Virus record (IMG/VR): IMGVR_UViG_3300013132_006127
Length of the DNA stretch: 64,000 nucleotides
Strand: one strand, 5' to 3'
From: a virus
Shown here: positions 57,724 to 64,000 of the stretch, piece by piece
How positions within the stretch are numbered: the stretch's first letter is position 1
Layout: every line of letters begins with the position of its first letter
The notes under the pieces: generated by a model
The model's input: only the letters and a program-made list of their open reading frames with translations
The model's database searches: none
Told to the model about the DNA's origin: nothing
Made by a program: the position numbers and the translations under genes

Positions 57724-59373
57724 ATGAATACTACTCTAGTTACTGGTATTTGGGATCTTAACAGGTCTGATCTTTCAGATGGCTGGGCAAGAAAATTTGA
57801 CCATTATATCAATAACTTTAAAAATTTACTGGAAGCAAATAAAAAGACTCCTATGGTTGTCTTTATAGATCCAGATATAGAGGATATAGTATGGAGCGTA
57901 AGAGATAAAAGCAATACCAAAGTAGTACATCATAAGAAAACAGACTTTGGAGGTAGCTTTTTCCCATTTTTTGATCAGGTTCAGTCAATAAGAACAAACC
58001 CTAAATGGTTATCACAAGTGGGTTGGCTAAAGGATAGCACACAAGCCAGACTAGACTACTACAATCCACTAGTTATGAGTAAAATGTTCATGCTGCATAA
58101 CGCTAAAATATTCAATTTTTTTAATACGGACTATATATTTTGGATAGATGGTGGGCTAACTAATACTGTTCATCCGGGTTATTTTAGTCATGATAACGTC
58201 ATAGAAAAACTTGAAACAATAGTTGATAAATTTTTGTTTGTCTGTTTTCCATATGAAACAGAAACCGAAATTCACGGGTTTGATATTAATGGAATGAAAA
58301 AATATTGTCAATCTGATAATGTGTCCAGAGTTGCAAGGGGAGGCTTTTTTGGTGGACACGTAGAAGAAATTTCTAAAGCAAATGATCTATATTATACTTT
58401 ACTAAAAGACTCATTAAGCGAAGGATTAATGGGTACAGAAGAAAGTATATTTACTATCATGACTTATCTAGATCCTGATACTTACAAGATAGAAATGATA
58501 GAAGACAATGGCCTTGTTTCTACTTTTTTCGAGAAACTAAAAAATATTAACCTAGAAGATAAATCTGTTAAGTCTAACAAAAAACTGCATACTAATAATG
58601 ATATTTTAGTTTATATCAACACTTTTAATACTCCAGCACAACTAGAGTTATTATGTGCTTCATTTTTACAGTATGCTCCTAAATTTTTAAATAATTCTAA
58701 AGTAGTATTAATTAATAATTCAACAACAGAGTTTGATGAAGCATATGATGAAATATGTCATAAATATAGTTTCTTTCAACAAGTTAAAAAAGGCAATTTA
58801 GGAGTTTGCGGAGGTAGACAGTTTGCGGCAGAGCATTTTGCAAATACTGGTAGTAAGTATATGTTTTTCTTTGAAGACGATATGCTTGTCGATCTAAGCG
58901 ATACAAAATGTGATTTTGGCTTTAGTAAGAGTTGTCCTGACTTTTACGACACAGTAATTAGAATAATGGACAGAGAGAATTACGATTTTTTGAAATTAAC
59001 CTTTAGTGAATTTTATGGACACAACGGAGAACAATGGGCTTGGCATAATGTTCCTCAAGAAAAGAAAAAAGAATATTTTGGAGATATAAAAAAGAAGCCT
59101 CTTACAAAGTTTACAAATATAAAAACTTTCAATAGAACCCCCTATGTTGAAGGCGAAATTTATTATTCTAATTGGCCACAAATTGTAGGTCAACAAGGCA
59201 ACAAGACTATGTTTTTAGATACAACTTGGACGTATCCTTACGAACAAACATGGATGAGTCACATATATACACTGACAAAACAAGGTAAAGTTAATCCTGC
59301 TTTACTATTACTTAGCCCTATAACCCATAATAGAGTATATTTCTATGGCAAAGACGAAAGAAAAGAAAACTGA
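57724..59373 (+). CDS. HtrL/YibB (WlaTC)-family glycosyltransferase fused to a GT-A domain; start refined to MNTTLV
   Basis: TLVTGIWDL, MSKMF, FWIDGG, GGFFGG, TEESIF; second domain FFEDD. Confidence 0.75.
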   Translation: MNTTLVTGIWDLNRSDLSDGWARKFDHYINNFKNLLEANKKTPMVVFIDPDIEDIVWSVRDKSNTKVVHHKKTDFGGSFFPFFDQVQSIRTNPKWLSQVGWLKDSTQARLDYYNPLVMSKMFMLHNAKIFNFFNTDYIFWIDGGLTNTVHPGYFSHDNVIEKLETIVDKFLFVCFPYETETEIHGFDINGMKKYCQSDNVSRVARGGFFGGHVEEISKANDLYYTLLKDSLSEGLMGTEESIFTIMTYLDPDTYKIEMIEDNGLVSTFFEKLKNINLEDKSVKSNKKLHTNNDILVYINTFNTPAQLELLCASFLQYAPKFLNNSKVVLINNSTTEFDEAYDEICHKYSFFQQVKKGNLGVCGGRQFAAEHFANTGSKYMFFFEDDMLVDLSDTKCDFGFSKSCPDFYDTVIRIMDRENYDFLKLTFSEFYGHNGEQWAWHNVPQEKKKEYFGDIKKKPLTKFTNIKTFNRTPYVEGEIYYSNWPQIVGQQGNKTMFLDTTWTYPYEQTWMSHIYTLTKQGKVNPALLLLSPITHNRVYFYGKDERKEN

Positions 59374-60616
59374 AAATACTATTTTTGTACAAATAGCATC
59401 ATATAGAGACCCTCAGTTAATACCAACACTAAAGGACATGCTTGATAAAGCTAAAAATCCTGACAATTTAAGAATTGGTATAGCTTGGCAACACAAGAAA
59501 GAGGACGAGTGGGATAATCTAGATGAATTTAAAAATGATCCTAGGTTCAAAATTATAGATATTAATTATGAAGAGTCAAAGGGCGTGTGCTGGGCCAGAC
59601 ACTCTGTTCAACAGCTATATAACGGTGAGACATATACTCTTCAATTAGACTCTCATCATAGATTTGCCAAAGATTGGGATCAAACTTTAATAGATATGCT
59701 AGTATCTTTACAAAAAGAAGGATATAAAAAACCACTTATTACAGCTTATATACCAAGTTTTGATCCAGATAACGATCCTGGCGCAAGGGTTAATGAGCCT
59801 TGGAAAATGACATTTGATAGATTTATACCAGAAGGAGCGATCTTTTTTCTACCAGCATCATTTGATTCATTTGACGCTAAAGACAAACCCCTTAGAGGAA
59901 GATTTTATTCTGCTCACTTTGCTTTTAGCGTTGGCGATTTTGCTGTAGAAGTGCAACATAATCCAGAGTACTATTTTCACGGTGAAGAAATAAGTATTGC
60001 TGTTAGAGCTTTTACTCATGGATATGATATATTCCATCCTCATAAGGTTGTGTGTTGGCATGAGTATACCAGAAAAGGAAGATCTAAACAGTGGGATGAT
60101 GATAAGGAATGGGTTAAGAGAAATAATGAGTCTCACAGACAAAACAGGGTTTTATTCGGTATGGATGGTGAGACAGGTTCGATTGATCCCAAATATGCTT
60201 TTGGTAATGTTAGAAGTTTAGATGATTATGAAAAATATTCTGGTATATGCTTTAAAAGGAGAGCTATTCAACAATATGTATTGGACCATAAAGAGCCGCC
60301 AAATCCTAAATATGAAAATGAAGAACAGTGGCAAAAATCTTTGTTAAATATTTTTAAACATTGTATAGATATATCATATAATCAGGTACAAGAAAAAGAT
60401 TATGACTTTTGGTGCGTGGCATTCCATGGAGAAAATGATGAAACTATATATAGACAGGATGCTAGTCCAGAAGAAATCGCTAATTATTTTAAAGATACTG
60501 ATGGATATTGTAAGGTATGGAGACAGTTCAATACAGATAAAAAACCTAAGTATTGGGTAGTATGGCCTCACTCAATAAGCAAAGGGTGGGGAGAAAGAAT
60601 TACTGGACAATTATGA
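59345..60616 (+). CDS. GT60-like polypeptide GlcNAc transferase (Skp1-hydroxyproline GlcNAcT / GlcNAc family)
   Basis: TIFVQIASYRDP, GVCWAR, LQLDSHHRF...WD, FHGEEI, RAFTHGYD, WHEY. Confidence 0.82.
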   Translation: MAKTKEKKTENTIFVQIASYRDPQLIPTLKDMLDKAKNPDNLRIGIAWQHKKEDEWDNLDEFKNDPRFKIIDINYEESKGVCWARHSVQQLYNGETYTLQLDSHHRFAKDWDQTLIDMLVSLQKEGYKKPLITAYIPSFDPDNDPGARVNEPWKMTFDRFIPEGAIFFLPASFDSFDAKDKPLRGRFYSAHFAFSVGDFAVEVQHNPEYYFHGEEISIAVRAFTHGYDIFHPHKVVCWHEYTRKGRSKQWDDDKEWVKRNNESHRQNRVLFGMDGETGSIDPKYAFGNVRSLDDYEKYSGICFKRRAIQQYVLDHKEPPNPKYENEEQWQKSLLNIFKHCIDISYNQVQEKDYDFWCVAFHGENDETIYRQDASPEEIANYFKDTDGYCKVWRQFNTDKKPKYWVVWPHSISKGWGERITGQL

Positions 60617-61530
60617 TACTGGTATCAGCAATATACTCTAACGGTGTTGAATCTATTGTTGGTGGACGAGGTAGAAATATAGATTTTTACTTATCGTCTA
60701 TGAGAAATATTGCTAATCTTGGTTTACCGTTTGTACTCTATACAGAACCAGAGAATGTAAATAAATCGTATGATTTGTTGTCTCCATTTTTTCAAAATTT
60801 AAAAATTATTCCATATGAATTATCAAGTTTTATTTATTATGATAAGTTTATTGATTGGAAAACAAAAAATTTAAATTTTAATAACTATTTAAATGATAGA
60901 AATGAAATTCTATGTTATTTAAAATCTTTTTGGGTAAAAGATACGATAGAAAATAATTTTTTCTCTGATTTTAATATTGATCAGCAATATGTCTGGATAG
61001 ATTCTGGATTGACCCATCATGGTATCTTTCCAGAAAAGACAGGAGGAGTAGAGTTACTAGTTAAACATAATGATTCGGTTTATTATCCAAATAATCAATC
61101 AAATATTTTTTCACCAGTATTAGGAAATAAATTACAGAAATATATTCAAGAATTAAGTAAATTATTCTTTTGTTCATTAGACTGGCAAGGAGACTGTTCT
61201 AGAATTCTGACGTGTTTGCATAAACACAATTTGACAAACAATACAGAATATATTAAAGAACACCTAATAGGAGGAATATTTGGAGGTAAAAAAGAATTAT
61301 TTTTAGACTTTTTCCAACGATACTATTCTTTATTAGATATTTTTCTTAATGAAGGAATTCATTTATATGAAGAGCAAATATTTAGTGCTTTAAATTTTAT
61401 AGATCCTGAGCTATTACATAGAGAAAAGTTCAATACTTGGTGGTTTTATTCACCCGGTGAACCAAATAGTTTTTTAAGTAGCGAACAGAATAGTTTCTAT
61501 AAGATTTTTACTAGGATAGCAGAATTATAG
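60613..61530 (+). CDS. HtrL/YibB-family glycosyltransferase; start refined to MILVSA
   Basis: LKSFW, WIDSG, IGGIFGG, EEQI; ATGA coupling. Confidence 0.72.
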   Translation: MILVSAIYSNGVESIVGGRGRNIDFYLSSMRNIANLGLPFVLYTEPENVNKSYDLLSPFFQNLKIIPYELSSFIYYDKFIDWKTKNLNFNNYLNDRNEILCYLKSFWVKDTIENNFFSDFNIDQQYVWIDSGLTHHGIFPEKTGGVELLVKHNDSVYYPNNQSNIFSPVLGNKLQKYIQELSKLFFCSLDWQGDCSRILTCLHKHNLTNNTEYIKEHLIGGIFGGKKELFLDFFQRYYSLLDIFLNEGIHLYEEQIFSALNFIDPELLHREKFNTWWFYSPGEPNSFLSSEQNSFYKIFTRIAEL

Positions 61531-62235
61531 ATTTTCTAATATCCATTCTTCAATACTATTTATAGGTATGAATGCTGTTCTATCCCCGTATGAAGAATCA
61601 GCGATGCCATCCCCACCTTTACCTGTTACGTAGGTAATTATCCCAGCTAAACATTCTCCGGAAAAAACGCCTCCTCCACTATCTCCTTGCGCTGCACAGG
61701 CCGGAGCCTCTAGATCATCGTCGGCGCTGAATAAACACTCGTAGAAGTCGTTTTTTTGTTCTAGACATCTGACATGGCCTGCTCTTTTTTTAAAGTCTCT
61801 GGTGGTCGCCCCGATGTCCCCGGTCCCTGTAAAACCATAGCCTATTATGGTAAAAATTTTATTTTTATAATCACCATTATAAATATTAGTATTTTTGTTA
61901 ACATTTAAATTTTGATTTACTTTGATTAATGCAATATCTTTATTTTTATGATATATTATATTTATTGGTTCAATTTCTATATATTCATCTATAATTTTAA
62001 TATTTTTTTTGAACTTTAAATTATGAGCACTTGTTATAATAGTGTGATTATTCAGTATCACCCCACTGCCATAAGAACTATCTGTTTCTATTCTTACAAT
62101 ATTATTAAAATTATCAGAGAGTTCTATATATTTTTTATCAGGCACGTTGGTATGTCTGACTATAGCAAAAATATTTTGATTAGTATAAACAAAAAATAAT
62201 AAGAAGAATATTATACTTGTTTTAAATATTTTCAT
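61525..62235 (-). CDS. Exported trypsin-like (S1) serine protease
   Basis: Signal peptide; ITSAH, DIALI, GDSGG. Confidence 0.85.
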   Translation of the reverse strand: MKIFKTSIIFFLLFFVYTNQNIFAIVRHTNVPDKKYIELSDNFNNIVRIETDSSYGSGVILNNHTIITSAHNLKFKKNIKIIDEYIEIEPINIIYHKNKDIALIKVNQNLNVNKNTNIYNGDYKNKIFTIIGYGFTGTGDIGATTRDFKKRAGHVRCLEQKNDFYECLFSADDDLEAPACAAQGDSGGGVFSGECLAGIITYVTGKGGDGIADSSYGDRTAFIPINSIEEWILENL

Positions 62236-63165
62236 TTATATCTTCCATTCCGGAATAATAATGCCATATCCTTCATATTTTCTAACACCTCTATACCTAG
62301 GATCAGTTAATTGGACAGCTGTTTGTCTGAAAATAGAAATATATTCCTCTGCATTTTTAGGAATCTGCTTACCTGTTTTTCTGATGTATGATAACAATAA
62401 ACTAGCACAACCTACAGCATAAGGATTGCTCATACTCGTGCCAGACATTACAGCATATCTATTTCCTGGTACAGCACCGACAATATCATGTCCCGGTGCT
62501 AAAAAATCTAGCTCATCTCCACTACAAGTGAAATCCGTTCTATTTAAATTAATATCAATAGCTCCTATACTTATTACTTCGGGATAAGCAGCAGGGTATG
62601 TTAAATCAGTATTTGTCCCACTATTTCCAGCAGCACAAAATACAACGGACCCTTTATTTGACGCATACTGGATGGCCCTACGAAGTCTTTCTGTTCCTCC
62701 CTTTGAACCTAGAGACATAGTAATAAAATCAACTGACTGATCAGCAGCCCAGACTACAGCATCAATTATATCTAGTATATCTCCAGAACCATCATCGTTG
62801 AGAGCTTTTATTGGTAGAATTTTAGTCTTTGGTGCAACACCGACCATACCCGTGTTATTATTTTCGGCGGCTATCGTGCTACTAACATGGGTTCCATGCC
62901 CATTAAGATCAACGGGGTCTTTACCATGTTCAACAAAGTTTTTACCTTGTAATAAATTGTTTTTTATATCTTCATGATATAAATCACATCCAGTATCTAT
63001 AACAGCTACTCTTACTCCTTCTCCTTGAGAACGATTCCATTTATCATTTATTTTGAATTTTTCTATTTCCCATCCCTTGTACTGTCCTCCGGTTTGATTT
63101 AATTCATTAATATCTTCTCGAATAAAAGGAAGTAATCCGCATTTGTTTCTATTTTTTCTAATCAT
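62236..63165 (-). CDS. Subtilisin-like (S8) serine protease
   Basis: VIDTG, HGTHV, AAGN, GTSMSNP. Confidence 0.92.
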   Translation of the reverse strand: MIRKNRNKCGLLPFIREDINELNQTGGQYKGWEIEKFKINDKWNRSQGEGVRVAVIDTGCDLYHEDIKNNLLQGKNFVEHGKDPVDLNGHGTHVSSTIAAENNNTGMVGVAPKTKILPIKALNDDGSGDILDIIDAVVWAADQSVDFITMSLGSKGGTERLRRAIQYASNKGSVVFCAAGNSGTNTDLTYPAAYPEVISIGAIDINLNRTDFTCSGDELDFLAPGHDIVGAVPGNRYAVMSGTSMSNPYAVGCASLLLSYIRKTGKQIPKNAEEYISIFRQTAVQLTDPRYRGVRKYEGYGIIIPEWKI

Positions 63166-63904
63166 TTTTTATTTGCTCTTTTATCCAGTCATAATATAAA
63201 GATACTCTAGTATGACCGCTTTCGTCGCCATAATCAGAGTTTGGATCACCGTCATCTGTTATTACACAAGAATTAATACCGGCTAATTTTTTATCTATAA
63301 ATAAACCGCCGCCACTATCACCACCACAAATTAAAAACTCATATTTGGTTTTTGGATGCTTACCATTGGAACCTATACCGCATACCAAAAGACTTCTTTC
63401 TGATTTATCTATAATGTTTGTGCCAGCTCGTTTGTTAGAGTCAGAAACATTAACACCAGTATTAAAAGTTCCAGTCATGCCGTATCCACATATGAATACC
63501 TGTTTACCAACCTCATCTTTGTCAGAGTATAATTCTGGATAAAAGTTTAAATCTAGTTCAGACTCTAGCATACATACGGCTATATCATGATAACCAAAAT
63601 GGTGCTTTTTAAAATCTTTATGAGTAATAATTTTGATAACTTTAATTCTTTTTTGATTATACTTGATATAAAAATCTTTTCCGCCTTTTACTATATGAGC
63701 AGCAGTAATGATCCATCTATTATTTAGGGCAACCGCCGATGCGGCGACCTGATCATTTTCGTCATCTATGCCATAGAGTTTTAATACATAGTCTGTATTT
63801 GATGCATAGTCTATGTGAGTTTGGTCTGAAACTGACGGATCTCTAGTTCCACCAAAACAACTAACACTAATCACAATAATTAGAAAAAAAATGATTAGTC
63901 TCAT
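63158..63904 (-). CDS. Exported trypsin-like (S1) serine protease
   Basis: Signal peptide; ITAAH, DIAV, GDSGG. Confidence 0.87.
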   Translation of the reverse strand: MRLIIFFLIIVISVSCFGGTRDPSVSDQTHIDYASNTDYVLKLYGIDDENDQVAASAVALNNRWIITAAHIVKGGKDFYIKYNQKRIKVIKIITHKDFKKHHFGYHDIAVCMLESELDLNFYPELYSDKDEVGKQVFICGYGMTGTFNTGVNVSDSNKRAGTNIIDKSERSLLVCGIGSNGKHPKTKYEFLICGGDSGGGLFIDKKLAGINSCVITDDGDPNSDYGDESGHTRVSLYYDWIKEQIKND

Positions 63905-63913
63905 AATTGACCT

Positions 63914-64000
63914 CTACAATTTTTTAGGTCTTTTTAGTAACTTATTATAATACACTTCACAATCTTCTCTAACATTAATATTCCAACTTTTATAATCAAA
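63914..64000 (-). CDS. Possible 3' end of a gene entering from the right edge
   Basis: Open frame ...FDYKSWNINVREDCEVYYNKLLKRPKKL to TAG. Confidence 0.4.
   Translation of the reverse strand, partial: FDYKSWNINVREDCEVYYNKLLKRPKKL

Noticed and set aside
1-64000. Stop-codon reassignment (alternative genetic code), as in some large phages
   Set aside because: Conserved genes are full length under the standard code, and TAA, TAG and TGA all terminate genes at expected positions
1-64000. CRISPR array, tRNA or rRNA genes
   Set aside because: No regularly spaced repeats or cloverleaf-like sequences seen by eye, and intergenic gaps are very short; tRNAscan or an array finder was not run
1-64000. 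Bacterial chromosome origin (because of dnaE, recA, clpP, neuAB)
   Set aside because: T4-like dNMP kinase, compact phage-type replication operon, fibre- and holin-like genes, divergent sigma factor and absence of housekeeping context indicate a large phage

Overview
AT-rich (roughly 30% GC by eye), gene-dense segment of a large or jumbo tailed dsDNA bacteriophage genome. It reads in the standard genetic code, and nearly all genes are on the minus strand with ATGA/TAATG overlaps. From left to right: (1) two GT4 glycosyltransferases; (2) a replication/recombination module (SSB, a family-C DnaE polymerase split into two intein-free genes with a DEDDh exonuclease and an RCC1-fragment protein between them, Cas4/RecB-like nuclease, dNMP kinase, primase, DnaB, RecA); (3) HNH, PhoH, class II RNR and dCMP deaminase; (4) a ~14 kb glycan cluster with NeuB, NeuA, a HAD phosphatase, a Maf-like transferase, pyruvyl- and sulfo-transferases, WbsX and RgpF; (5) a membrane-protein/papain-like peptidase cluster, a Thr/Pro mucin-like protein and an Mtd_N tail-fibre-like protein; (6) DeoC-like and bacterioferritin-like apparent pseudoenzymes, ClpP and a sigma factor; (7) GMP reductase, a macrodomain and a tail-tube-like gene; (8) the only plus-strand cassette (HtrL-GT60-HtrL); (9) a trypsin-subtilisin-trypsin trio. 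The strongest candidate novel systems are a phage-encoded nonulosonic-acid (probably KDN-type) and mucin-like protein glycosylation machinery, and the intein-free split DnaE. I also found two promoter classes, a candidate -1 frameshift and an HNH remnant directly in the DNA. All family calls come from motif recognition without database searches. The host cannot be determined from this window.
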